DNA of 64,000 nucleotides, taken from NCBI GenBank assembly GCA_964639785.1, contig CAZXEE010000003.1, positions 21,384 to 85,383 on the forward strand. The letters run 5' to 3'. Source of the DNA: an uncultured Gammaproteobacteria bacterium (GTDB lineage Bacteria > Patescibacteriota > Patescibacteriia > Patescibacteriales > UBA12465). How positions within the stretch are numbered: the stretch's first letter is position 1; each line of letters opens with the position of its first letter. The notes under the pieces were generated by a model, which worked only from the letters and a program-made list of their open reading frames with translations, had not been told where the DNA came from and searched no databases. The translations under genes and the position numbers were made by a program. Of the stretch, positions 51,981 through 61,166 are shown piece by piece.

Positions 51981-52382
51981 ATGTTTAGTTTCAAGTTCTT
52001 TAAAGACCTCAAAGACATTTTTTCTTCCCCCGAAAGATCAGTTATCAAACAGGCAAAAGAAATTATCGCCAGTAATGAAGTTCCCGATGGATGTTTGTCT
52101 GATAAATCCAGAAATGCCAAGATCAGGGAAATCGCCAAGATGGATATTACTCTCAGTGAGAAGAGGGCCCTCTTGCCGACATATGTAATACCGCGGCGAG
52201 AAATAGTTCTGCCCGATGGTACTACTACCAAATCCCTATTCATGGATTATGTGCCTGATCCGAATTATATTCTGGCAAAGATATTTAAGAATATTGATGA
52301 AGAGTATCAGGAAGAAATCAAAGCCGGAGGAGGAAAAACAAGGAGATTGCTGCCAACCCCGCAGTTTAGCAGCTACAACTAA
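51981..52382 (+). CDS. Hypothetical protein (133 aa)
   Basis: A strong RBS (AAAGGAGG at 51967-51974) precedes the ATG, and a terminator follows the stop. No motif was recognised. Confidence 0.6.
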   Translation: MFSFKFFKDLKDIFSSPERSVIKQAKEIIASNEVPDGCLSDKSRNAKIREIAKMDITLSEKRALLPTYVIPRREIVLPDGTTTKSLFMDYVPDPNYILAKIFKNIDEEYQEEIKAGGGKTRRLLPTPQFSSYN

Positions 52383-52384
52383 CC

Positions 52385-52415
52385 AAAGCCCGTCACTAAG
52401 ATGGGCTTTTGCTTT
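52385..52415 (+). terminator. Intrinsic terminator
   Basis: The stem AAAGCCC 52385-52391 / GGGCTTT 52403-52409 is followed by a T-rich tail. Confidence 0.6.
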
Positions 52416-52468
52416 ATTATTAAAAATGCTATTATTTAAATAGATATAATTTCGTCAAAAATAATCCC

Positions 52469-52497
52469 TTGACTATTTTTGATTTATGTGTTATAAT
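52469..52497 (+). promoter_or_regulatory. Near-consensus promoter (TTGACT -17- TGt-TATAAT)
   Basis: The -35 lies at 52469-52474 and the extended -10 at 52489-52497. The inverted repeat TTGTTA-gtaat-TAACAA (52502-52518) sits at the expected transcription start. Confidence 0.65.
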
Positions 52498-52573
52498 TAA
52501 TTTGTTAGTAATTAACAAAGGTATTAATAAAAGTGAGTTAATTTAACCTTTATTAATATTTAAACTTAATAAT

Positions 52574-53383
52574 ATGAAAGAACAATTTGATAACAAGAGT
52601 GAAGTATTGGAAAACCCTGCAGAGCAATTGAAAGAAACTCCAGAGTTCAAACAGGAGCCAGTTTCTAACGAAGTTGCTAAGAAGATCGTGGCTGACTTAG
52701 AGGAAGCTGGAAAGATTGTTAGCAAGACTTCTGAAGAGATTAAGAGAATGAGCGAGGGTGAAATGATGAAGGGTAAGATCGAATCTATGCCTCAGAATCC
52801 AGCTCAGGAGCGCTTGTTTAAAAATGTCGGTTTTGATGCTGAATCTTTAGCAGCTACCAAAGCTGAGTTCTCTAAATTGTCTAGCGCTGAAGCTTATAAT
52901 AAGTTCCAGACTTTGACATTAGAAAAGACTGGTGATTTCTTGATGAATGCCGGTAAGGATTTGAAGCCAGCTGATAAAGGCGCTATTAATTTGTTATTGA
53001 GAGTCATTAATTCCAACTTGGAAGCTGCTAGCATGAACAAGAAAGGAAATGCTTTGAGACCTTATTCTTTCATAATTGACAGAGCTAACCATAAACCGGA
53101 TGGTTATATGGTTCTTGACGGCTTATCAAAACTTTATGCTAAGAACGGTTATGATGACCGAGGTTTCTTAGCTCGTAACTTTGGCAGCGCTGATGTCCCA
53201 TTTGAAAACTTCCAGAAGGATTTGGCTGAAGTCTTAACCGATCAGCAGAAAGAAGATATCTTCAAGATGGCTAAGGTAGCTGAGAAGAATGCTAAGAATT
53301 ATGGCGGTGCTAGAGCTGGTATCACTCAGACCACTATGGCTTCTCCGATTTTCTCCAGCAAGACAGTTGACGAATTGCTATAA
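52574..53383 (+). CDS. Hypothetical protein (269 aa, acidic helical N-terminus)
   Basis: The ORF lies between a near-consensus promoter and a strong terminator. No motif or signal peptide was recognised. Confidence 0.65.
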   Translation: MKEQFDNKSEVLENPAEQLKETPEFKQEPVSNEVAKKIVADLEEAGKIVSKTSEEIKRMSEGEMMKGKIESMPQNPAQERLFKNVGFDAESLAATKAEFSKLSSAEAYNKFQTLTLEKTGDFLMNAGKDLKPADKGAINLLLRVINSNLEAASMNKKGNALRPYSFIIDRANHKPDGYMVLDGLSKLYAKNGYDDRGFLARNFGSADVPFENFQKDLAEVLTDQQKEDIFKMAKVAEKNAKNYGGARAGITQTTMASPIFSSKTVDELL

Positions 53384-53414
53384 GGATAAATTGTTTAATT
53401 TTAGATATAAATTC

Positions 53415-53443
53415 AAAAAATACCCCAATTTGGGGTATTTTTT
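53415..53443 (+). terminator. Strong intrinsic terminator
   Basis: The stem ATACCCCA 53420-53427 / TGGGGTAT 53431-53438 is flanked by A6 and T6. Confidence 0.8.
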
Positions 53444-53450
53444 GTTAGCC

Positions 53451-53477
53451 TTGATTTTTTATTACGGATGTTATAAT
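53451..53477 (+). promoter_or_regulatory. Promoter (TTGATT -15- TGt-TATAAT) upstream of the rpsA leader
   Basis: The -35 lies at 53451-53456 and the extended -10 at 53469-53477. Confidence 0.5.
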
Positions 53478-53613
53478 ATAAGAGCAATTGAATAGACACC
53501 TATAAGAAAGCTTTTGGTTTCAAGGTGGCCAAAAGGCTTCCCCTCGGGGAGGTTAAAAGCGCTTTTTTTATTATCCGGATTTGTCCGATAGTAAAGATAG
53601 ATAGCTTTTATAT

Positions 53614-54798
53614 ATGAATAAAGATACTGCCAAGAGCGATGTTTTTAGCGCCCTCTTGGAAAAAGAAGAATTAAAGATCCCACAGGTCGGTGACATCGTC
53701 AAAGGCGTAGTCATCGCTGCTTCTAAGGCCGAAGTCCGTTTGGATATCGATGGCGTTATGACCGGCATCGTTCGCGGTCCAGAGTTGTATTTGGAAGCGG
53801 AAGAATATACCGATTTAGAACCGGGTCGCGAAGTTGAAGCCATGGTTGTCGATCCTGAAAACGAGAATGGTGAATTAGAATTATCATTCCGTCAGGTTGG
53901 CCAGGGTAAAGCTTGGGATAATTTACATGAAGCTTTCAAGAACAAGACTACTGTCTTCGTTAAGGTAGCTGATGCTAATAAGGGCGGTTTGCTTTGTAAC
54001 TATCGCCAGATTAGCGGTTTTTTGCCGGTTTCTCAGTTAGCTCCGGAAAACTACCCACGTATCAGCGGTGGCGATAAGAGCAAGATCTTAGAGAAATTGA
54101 AATCTTTTGTCGGCCAAGAATTTGAAGTTAATGTTATTACCTTGAATGAAGATGAAGGTAAGATCATCTTCAGTGAAAAGGATGTTTGGAATAAAAAACA
54201 AAAACCGATTTTAGAGAAATACAAAGTCAATATGGTGGTTGAAGGCAAGATTACTGCTGTTACCAATTTCGGTGTTTTTGTCAGCTTTGATGATAACATC
54301 GAAGGCTTGATCCATATTTCTGAATTGGCTTGGCAGAGAATCGATTCTCCTAGCACTTTGTACAAGGTTGGAGACAAGATCAAGGCTGAAATCGTGAATA
54401 TCGATGGCAACAAGATTTTCTTGAGTGCTAAGAAGATTATGAAAGATCCATGGTTGGAAGCGGTTAATAAATACGCTGTCGGCCAGATCGTCAAAGGCAG
54501 CATCTTGAAGGTTAATCCTTTTGGTTTGTTCGTCAAATTAGATGATGATATTCATGGTTTGGCTCATATCACTCAGTTAGGCTTGAGCAAGACTGAAAAG
54601 ATCAATGAATTATTCAAGGTTAATGATGAGTCTAGCTTTGAGATCCTTTCAATCTCTCCTTCTGACCATCGTTTAGCTTTAAAGCTGGTTAAGGAAGGCA
54701 AGAAAGAGAAGGCTGCTAAGAAAGAAGAAGCTGGAGAAGAAAAGCCAGCTAAGAAAGCCAAGAAAGAAGAAGCTGCAGCTAAGGAAGACAAAGAATAA
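53614..54798 (+). CDS. rpsA: 30S ribosomal protein S1 (four S1 domains) with a Lys/Glu-rich tail
   Basis: Repeated S1 motifs are present (GDIVKGVVI, GQEFEVNVITL, NMVVEGKITAVTNFGVFVSF, GQIVKGSILKVNPFGLFVKL). The tail reads KEGKKEKAAKKEEAGEEKPAKKAKKEEAAAKEDKE. Confidence 0.85.
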   Translation: MNKDTAKSDVFSALLEKEELKIPQVGDIVKGVVIAASKAEVRLDIDGVMTGIVRGPELYLEAEEYTDLEPGREVEAMVVDPENENGELELSFRQVGQGKAWDNLHEAFKNKTTVFVKVADANKGGLLCNYRQISGFLPVSQLAPENYPRISGGDKSKILEKLKSFVGQEFEVNVITLNEDEGKIIFSEKDVWNKKQKPILEKYKVNMVVEGKITAVTNFGVFVSFDDNIEGLIHISELAWQRIDSPSTLYKVGDKIKAEIVNIDGNKIFLSAKKIMKDPWLEAVNKYAVGQIVKGSILKVNPFGLFVKLDDDIHGLAHITQLGLSKTEKINELFKVNDESSFEILSISPSDHRLALKLVKEGKKEKAAKKEEAGEEKPAKKAKKEEAAAKEDKE

Positions 54799-54827
54799 TC
54801 AGGCTTTAGAAAACTCAAATAGATAAT

Positions 54828-54856
54828 AAAAGGGGCAATTTTGCCCCTTTTATTTG
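54828..54856 (+). terminator. Intrinsic terminator after rpsA
   Basis: The stem AAAAGGGGC 54828-54836 / GCCCCTTTT 54843-54851 is present. Confidence 0.75.
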
Positions 54857-54916
54857 CTAAAATAGCCTGGCTGTTATATACTGAGTCTATATTAGATCGC
54901 TTTAATTACTTTATCT

Positions 54917-56740
54917 ATGAAAAATTTATTTAAGAATTTTTTTATTTATTTCCTGGCTTTTTTGATAATTGCTGCTTTGTTCAGTTCTTTTAGCTCCAAA
55001 ACTGCTAAAAGCGACAAGGTTGGTCTGGAATTTTTAGTTAATGGAATAAATAATAGCCAGGTGTCATCGGTTTTGGTTAATGGCGATGAAGTCCAGATTA
55101 CCATGAAAGATGGTGCCAAGAAAGTGGCCCAGAAAGAGACCGGAGAGTCTCTGTCAACTTTGTTGAAGAATTTCAATGTTGATAGCCAAAAATTGTCCGA
55201 GGTAGACATTAAGATTAAAGAGGCTGATAGCGCCGATTTCTGGCTAATGACTGTCTTGCCGATTGTCCTTCCGATCTTGTTGATAGGTGCCTTCCTTTAT
55301 TTTACTATGCGTGGCGTAGCTAGTGCTAATTCTCGAGCTATGACTTTCGGCCAGAGCGGAGCCAAGGAATTCCAATTGGATCAGAAGACTAAGGTGACTT
55401 TCAATGATATTGCCGGTGCCAAGGAAGCCAAGGAAGAATTGAAGGAGGTCGTTGAATTCTTGCGTTTCCCTAAGAAATTCCATGAATTAGGCGCTCGTAT
55501 TCCTAAGGGCGTCTTATTGCTGGGTAGTCCTGGAACTGGAAAGACTTTGATGGCTCGCGGTGTAGCCGGTGAAGCTAATGTTCCATTCTTCCACATCTCC
55601 GGTTCGGAATTCGTGGAAATGTTTGTCGGTGTCGGCGCTTCAAGGGTTCGGTCTTTATTCCAGAAGGCTAAAAAAGCCTCGCCTTGCATTGTCTTTATCG
55701 ATGAAATTGACGCCGTCGGCCGTAAGCGAGGTTCTGGCATGGGCGGATCCCATGATGAACGGGAGCAGACCTTGAATCAGATCTTGGTTGAGATGGATGG
55801 CTTTGAACCGAATGACAATATTATCGTTATCGCTGCCACTAACCGTCCTGATGTATTGGATGCCGCTTTATTGCGTCCGGGACGTTTTGACAGGCAAGTG
55901 GTGATTGATATTCCAGACATCAAAGATCGTGATGAGATATTGCAGGTCCATGCCCGCAAGAAACCTTTAGCCGAAGGAGCCGACTTGCATAAGATTGCTG
56001 AAAGGACTCCAGGATTCTCTGGTGCCGATTTAGAAAATGTTTTGAATGAAGCGGCTATTCTGACAGCTCGGAAGAACAAGAAAGTTATCGGGATGGAAGA
56101 AATGTATGAATCGATTGAAAAAGTGATGATGGGTCCGGAAAGGAAAAGCCGGGTAATTACTGAAAAAGAAAAGAAGATTACTGCTTATCACGAAGCTGGT
56201 CATGCTATCGTAGCCCATTTCTTGCCTAATACTGATCCGGTCCACAAGGTTTCGATTATCGCTCGCGGATCGGCTGGAGGCTATACCCTGAAACTTCCTA
56301 GCACTGACCGCCATATGCATTCCAAAACCGAATACATCGAGGAATTAGCGGTATTATTGGCTGGACATTTTGCCGAGAAGGAAGTTTTTGGCGAAGTGAC
56401 TACCGGAGCTACTTCTGATTTGCGCCGGGCTACTTCATTGGCTCGAAGCTTGATTACTGATTTCGGCATGAGCGATATTCTGGGTCCGAGGACTTTTGGC
56501 GAGAAAGAAGAGATGATTTTCTTGGGGCGTGAGATCCACGAACAACGGGACTACAGTGAGAAGGTGGCCGAAAAGATCGATGAAGAAATCGCCTCTTTCA
56601 TTACTGAGGCCGGCAAGGTGGCGGTGAAGATCATTAATAGCAAGAAAGAATACCTGGAAAAGGTCGTGGCTGAATTATTGGAGAAAGAAACGATCGAGAA
56701 AGAGGCTTTCGAAGCTATCGTTGGTCCAAAAGTAGCCTAA
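54917..56740 (+). CDS. ftsH: ATP-dependent zinc metalloprotease FtsH
   Basis: Two N-terminal TM helices, the Walker A GSPGTGKT, the second region of homology and the zinc site HEAGHAIV are present. Confidence 0.95.
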   Translation: MKNLFKNFFIYFLAFLIIAALFSSFSSKTAKSDKVGLEFLVNGINNSQVSSVLVNGDEVQITMKDGAKKVAQKETGESLSTLLKNFNVDSQKLSEVDIKIKEADSADFWLMTVLPIVLPILLIGAFLYFTMRGVASANSRAMTFGQSGAKEFQLDQKTKVTFNDIAGAKEAKEELKEVVEFLRFPKKFHELGARIPKGVLLLGSPGTGKTLMARGVAGEANVPFFHISGSEFVEMFVGVGASRVRSLFQKAKKASPCIVFIDEIDAVGRKRGSGMGGSHDEREQTLNQILVEMDGFEPNDNIIVIAATNRPDVLDAALLRPGRFDRQVVIDIPDIKDRDEILQVHARKKPLAEGADLHKIAERTPGFSGADLENVLNEAAILTARKNKKVIGMEEMYESIEKVMMGPERKSRVITEKEKKITAYHEAGHAIVAHFLPNTDPVHKVSIIARGSAGGYTLKLPSTDRHMHSKTEYIEELAVLLAGHFAEKEVFGEVTTGATSDLRRATSLARSLITDFGMSDILGPRTFGEKEEMIFLGREIHEQRDYSEKVAEKIDEEIASFITEAGKVAVKIINSKKEYLEKVVAELLEKETIEKEAFEAIVGPKVA

Positions 56741-56822
56741 AATAGCCAATTTTCTTGACTATTTCGGGCAATATGTTATGCTTAAGATGAAAAAATAAAA
56801 AATAAAATTTAATTCTAATTTT

Positions 56823-57065
56823 ATGGCTAATCCAAAAAAAAGAAAAACCAAGAGTGCTGTCGGTAAAAATAGAGCTCATTTAGCTTTAACTAAAAAGACT
56901 TTAAACAAGTGCCCAAAATGCGGTATGACTGTTAAGCCTCATGCAGCTTGCCAGTTCTGTGGCAGCTACAAGGGTAAAGCTGTCTTGAAGGTAGCTACTA
57001 GCAAGGCAACTACTAAGACTGCTACCGCTAAAACTACCAAGACCGTTAAGGCTAAGAAAAAATAA
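56823..57065 (+). CDS. rpmF: 50S ribosomal protein L32 with a Thr/Lys/Ala-rich C-terminal extension
   Basis: The motifs [19 protein letters not shown] and [23 protein letters not shown] are present. Confidence 0.85.
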   Translation: MANPKKRKTKSAVGKNRAHLALTKKTLNKCPKCGMTVKPHAACQFCGSYKGKAVLKVATSKATTKTATAKTTKTVKAKKK

Positions 57066-57066
57066 T

Positions 57067-57582
57067 ATGTCCAATCGCCATTTAGCTCGGACAATAGCCA
57101 TGCAAACTTTGTTTGCTTGGGATTTTAATGGCAAGAAGAACGAAACTATCGAAGCTTTGATTGATGAAAATTTTGAGAATTTTGCACCTCAATTCGATGA
57201 TGGCGGCTTTGTGCGCGAGACTGTCAAAAGCATTATAGACCATAGCGAAGAGATTGATAATTATATCCGTCGCTATGCCACTGAATGGCCTTTAGAACAG
57301 ATTACTATCGTCGATCGTAATGTCCTGCGGATCGGTATCTATGAATTATTATATTCAGAAAATATTCCTCCTCGGGTAGCTATCAATGAAGCGATTGAAA
57401 TCGCTAAGGCTTTCGGCGGTGAGTCGTCTGGAAAATTCATCAATGGCGTTTTGGGCGCTATCTACAAGGATATGCCGGAAGCAGAACGCGTTCGTCGTGA
57501 AGCTATTACTCAGAAATTGCAAGAAGCCAAAGAATCCCGGACTAAATCCGAGACCGAAGAATCATCCGAAGAAAAAGAATAA
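57067..57582 (+). CDS. nusB: Transcription antitermination factor NusB
   Basis: The motifs [17 protein letters not shown] and [26 protein letters not shown] are present. Confidence 0.9.
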   Translation: MSNRHLARTIAMQTLFAWDFNGKKNETIEALIDENFENFAPQFDDGGFVRETVKSIIDHSEEIDNYIRRYATEWPLEQITIVDRNVLRIGIYELLYSENIPPRVAINEAIEIAKAFGGESSGKFINGVLGAIYKDMPEAERVRREAITQKLQEAKESRTKSETEESSEEKE

Positions 57583-57678
57583 ATATAGCAGCAGATTTAA
57601 TAATTAAACTATTAAACTGCTAAATTGCTAAATTGTTTTTACACAGTTTAACAATTTAACACTTTAATAACCCTTTCT

Positions 57679-58371
57679 ATGTCCAATTTTTCTAAGTTGG
57701 AAGAAACGATCGGAGTTAGTTTTCAGAATAAGGCTCTTTTCCAGCAAGCCTTGACCCATCGTTCTTATCTTAACGAACATCCAGAATCCAAATTAGGCCA
57801 CAATGAACGTTTGGAATTTTTAGGTGACGCCGTGTTAGAGATTATCGTTACCGAACATCTGTTCGTTAATTTTCCTGATACCCCCGAAGGTGATTTAACC
57901 AACTGGCGCGCCAGCTTGGTTAACGCCAAAATGCTCTATGCCGTAGCTGACAAGCTGGGAGTAGAAGATTTTTTGTTGTTGTCTAAAGGAGAAGCTAAGG
58001 ATAAGAATACTAAGGCTCGGCAATATATCCTGGCCAATTCGATCGAAGCAATCATCGGAGCTATCTATCTGGATCAAGGTTTGGAAGCAGCCAAGAATTT
58101 TATTATTAATAATATAGTTTCCCAATTAAGCGATATCTTAAAAAACCAAACCTACTTGGATCCTAAATCTAAATTCCAAGAAATGTCTCAGGAAAAGGAA
58201 GGTATTACCCCGGTTTACAAGACGATTAAAGAAGAAGGACCGGATCATGAAAAATCATTTACTGTCGGTTTATATTTAGGCGAAGAATTAGTGTCTGATG
58301 GCGTGGGTTTATCTAAACAAGAGGCTCAAGTCAAGGCCGCTGAAACGGGCTTGAAGAAAAAGGGCTGGTAA
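57679..58371 (+). CDS. rnc: Ribonuclease III
   Basis: The signature NERLEFLGDAVLE and a C-terminal dsRBD (GPDHEKSFTVGLYLGEE...GLSKQEAQVKAAE) are present. Confidence 0.95.
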   Translation: MSNFSKLEETIGVSFQNKALFQQALTHRSYLNEHPESKLGHNERLEFLGDAVLEIIVTEHLFVNFPDTPEGDLTNWRASLVNAKMLYAVADKLGVEDFLLLSKGEAKDKNTKARQYILANSIEAIIGAIYLDQGLEAAKNFIINNIVSQLSDILKNQTYLDPKSKFQEMSQEKEGITPVYKTIKEEGPDHEKSFTVGLYLGEELVSDGVGLSKQEAQVKAAETGLKKKGW

Positions 58372-58377
58372 AAAAAT

Positions 58378-59541
58378 ATGGACATCAAAAAACTTTTAAC
58401 GATCGCAGCCGAACAGAAAGCTTCCGACCTTCACCTGGTTAAGGATTTGAAGCCGATTTTACGCATCGATGGCCAATTGGTCCCAATCGATGAAGCTTTG
58501 AAAAAGAGCCAATTATCAAACGATAATGGCCAGGCTCCAGAGTATAATAATGATGTCTATATCTTATCAGAAGAAGGCGAAATCCTGACCGGCAATCGCC
58601 GTAAGAGTGTTGATGGGGCTTTTTCTCCTTTGACTACGGCTGACATGGAAGCATTCGTTAACGATATGCTCCGCCCCGAACAGAAGGCTCGCTTGATAAA
58701 TGATAAGGATTTAGATTTCGGTTATTCAGTCGGAGATTACCGTTTCCGTGTTAACTTGTCATATGAGCGCGATAACCTGAAGATGGTGGCTCGTGTTATC
58801 AATAATCAGACTCCGACCCTGGATGACGTTAACATGCCGCCAATCATCTATAATTTGTTGGACATGAAACAAGGTTTGATCCTTTTGACTGGTCCGACCG
58901 GTTGCGGTAAGTCGACTTCTCTGGCTGCCATGATCAATTACCTGAACCAGAAATACAATTATAATATAGTTACCTTTGAAGATCCGATTGAATTCGTCTT
59001 CAAGTCAAATAAGAGCATTATCACTCAAAGACAATTAGACTTTGATTTTCCTTCTTTCTCTAGCGGTTTAAGACATGTCGTCCGACAAGATCCGAATGTC
59101 ATTATGGTCGGAGAAATGCGCGACTTAGAAACTATTTCTTCCGCCATCACTTTAGCTGAAACCGGTCACTTAGTTCTGGCTACTTTGCATACTTTTAATG
59201 CTTCCCAGACAGTCGATAGAATTATCGATATCTTCCCGCCTTATCAGCAGAACCAGGTCCGTTCCCAGCTGTCTATGATCTTGGCAGCAGTTATTTCTCA
59301 GCGTTTATTGCCAAAGGTTGGCGGCGGTCGAGTGGTGGCTCGAGAAATTATGATCAGGAATTCAGCTATCGCTAACTTGATCCGAGAGCAGAAGATCATC
59401 CAGATTAAGAATGTCATTGAGACTAGTTATAATGAGGGTATGGTCACTTTGAGCCGTAACATTAAGGATTTATATGATCAAGGATTGGTCAGTAAAGAGA
59501 TTGCTGAAAGCCAATTGAATGAATTGTCTCTCTTAATCTAA
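58378..59541 (+). CDS. pilT: PilT-family type IV pilus retraction ATPase
   Basis: The Walker A GPTGCGKST, IVTFEDPIEF, VIMVGEMRDLETI, the His box TGHLVLATLHT and the AIANLIRE motif are present. Confidence 0.85.
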   Translation: MDIKKLLTIAAEQKASDLHLVKDLKPILRIDGQLVPIDEALKKSQLSNDNGQAPEYNNDVYILSEEGEILTGNRRKSVDGAFSPLTTADMEAFVNDMLRPEQKARLINDKDLDFGYSVGDYRFRVNLSYERDNLKMVARVINNQTPTLDDVNMPPIIYNLLDMKQGLILLTGPTGCGKSTSLAAMINYLNQKYNYNIVTFEDPIEFVFKSNKSIITQRQLDFDFPSFSSGLRHVVRQDPNVIMVGEMRDLETISSAITLAETGHLVLATLHTFNASQTVDRIIDIFPPYQQNQVRSQLSMILAAVISQRLLPKVGGGRVVAREIMIRNSAIANLIREQKIIQIKNVIETSYNEGMVTLSRNIKDLYDQGLVSKEIAESQLNELSLLI

Positions 59542-59544
59542 ATT

Positions 59545-60783
59545 ATGCGTCAAATATTAGATGCTCACATCCATTCCAGATATTCTAGGGCTTGTTCCCA
59601 GAACCTGACCTTGCCTAATATTGGAGCTGCGGGAATCATAAAAGGCGTCGACATCATAGCCACTGGCGATTTTACCCATCCCCAGTGGTTTTTGCATATC
59701 AAGAAAGAATTAGCGGAAACGGCTTCCGGCTCCGGTTTATATCATCTGAAATCAGATCCGGAGAAAAGGATAAAATTTATCTTATCATCTGAGGTCGCCC
59801 TTATCTACAAAGACGGAGATAAGGTTAGGAAGATTCATCTAGTGGTCCATGCTCCTAATTTGGAAGCAGCCGAGAGATTGAATGATCGCTTATCCCGAAG
59901 ATTTAATCTTCGGTCAGATGGCCGACCGATACTGGGGATCAGCGCGCCTGATTTTGTGCGTGAATGTTTGGCTGTCGATGATCGTTTCTTGGTCTACCCG
60001 GCCCATATCTGGACTCCTTGGTTTGCTGTCTTCGGTTCTAAGTCCGGTTTTGATTCTATGGAAGAATGTTTCAAAGAGGAGACGAAAAACATCTACGCTT
60101 ATGAAACCGGCTTATCGAGTGATCCGGCGATGAATTGGCGTTTGTCAGGTCTTGATAAGCTGACGGTTTTGTCCAGCTCTGATGCCCATAGCTTGGCTAA
60201 TATTGGCCGAGAAGCTACGGTGTTGGAATTATCAGAACTGACCTATGAAGAAATTTATCAAGCCATCAAGATTAGGGATTTGAAGAAGATAAAATATACC
60301 ATTGAGTTCTATCCGGAAGAGGGGATGTATCATTTTGACGGGCATCGCGATTGTCATTTCAGTTGTTCGCCACAAGAGAGCCGGAAGAATTTAGGAATCT
60401 GTCCGGTGTGCCACAAACCGCTGACTCTGGGAGTGGCTTATCGGGTGGATGAGCTGGCTGATCGGAAACCTGGATTTATTCCTGAAGCAGTTACCGGATA
60501 TCGGAAATTGGTCGGTCTGGATAAGATCATTGCAGAGGCTTTTGGTGTCAAGAGCCGGCAGTCTAAAAAGGTACAAAATGAATACCGACGTTTGGTGCGA
60601 GAATTCAAGAATGAGTTCCATATTCTCTTGGAGAGCGATCTGAAAGAGCTTCTGAAATCGACAGACCCTTTGATCGTTGAAGGTATCAAGAGGGTTCGGG
60701 AGGGGCAATTGTCGGTCAGTCCGGGTTTTGATGGAGAGTATGGAGTTGTCAGTATTTTTAAACCTTTGGATATTAAGAAATAA
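59545..60783 (+). CDS. PHP-domain protein resembling the endonuclease Q (TIGR00375) family
   Basis: An N-terminal DAHIHSRYSRA PHP motif, PAHIWTPWF, SSDAHS and a zinc-ribbon CPVCHKPLTLGV are present. The family assignment is from memory. Confidence 0.6.
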   Translation: MRQILDAHIHSRYSRACSQNLTLPNIGAAGIIKGVDIIATGDFTHPQWFLHIKKELAETASGSGLYHLKSDPEKRIKFILSSEVALIYKDGDKVRKIHLVVHAPNLEAAERLNDRLSRRFNLRSDGRPILGISAPDFVRECLAVDDRFLVYPAHIWTPWFAVFGSKSGFDSMEECFKEETKNIYAYETGLSSDPAMNWRLSGLDKLTVLSSSDAHSLANIGREATVLELSELTYEEIYQAIKIRDLKKIKYTIEFYPEEGMYHFDGHRDCHFSCSPQESRKNLGICPVCHKPLTLGVAYRVDELADRKPGFIPEAVTGYRKLVGLDKIIAEAFGVKSRQSKKVQNEYRRLVREFKNEFHILLESDLKELLKSTDPLIVEGIKRVREGQLSVSPGFDGEYGVVSIFKPLDIKK

Positions 60784-60793
60784 TTTTAATCAT

Positions 60794-61078
60794 ATGCGTT
60801 TTATCATTAACACTCTTATCTTTTTAGCTTTGATCGGTTTCTGTTTCTATTGGTTTAATGACGGCAATCCAGATCGAAACGATCCTAGCAAGATTCCTTA
60901 TGTCGGTAGTTTCTTTGGGACTATTTCCGACAAATATGCCGAGGTCCGTTTTTATTTAGATAGCGGTCAAGGAAACATTTGGGATTATTTGGAAAATTCG
61001 GCTGAAGTTAGGCAAATTACAGATAAATTCAAAGAGATCTATGAGTCCGGCCAGAGTCCTTATCAACCCCAATCTTAA
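60794..61078 (+). CDS. Small N-terminally anchored protein (94 aa)
   Basis: The start is set at MRFIINTLIFLALIGFCFYWF, because the longer track ORF (60677) overlaps the preceding gene. A terminator follows. Confidence 0.5.
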   Translation: MRFIINTLIFLALIGFCFYWFNDGNPDRNDPSKIPYVGSFFGTISDKYAEVRFYLDSGQGNIWDYLENSAEVRQITDKFKEIYESGQSPYQPQS

Positions 61079-61084
61079 TCGCTT

Positions 61085-61108
61085 AGCGCCCTTTCTGGGC
61101 GCTTTTTT
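61085..61108 (+). terminator. Intrinsic terminator
   Basis: The stem AGCGCCC 61085-61091 / GGGCGCT 61097-61103 is followed by T6. Confidence 0.8.
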
Positions 61109-61166
61109 ATTTTCTGGCTTTATGGTATAATTTGAGTGTTATCTCAATAAATTAAGAGAAAAATAA

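Noticed and set aside
60677..60793. The small membrane protein ORF has a 39-codon N-terminal extension.
   Set aside because: The extension overlaps the 3' end of the EndoQ-like gene in another frame. The hydrophobic N-terminus MRFIINTLIFLAL begins at the ATG at 60794, right after that gene's stop.
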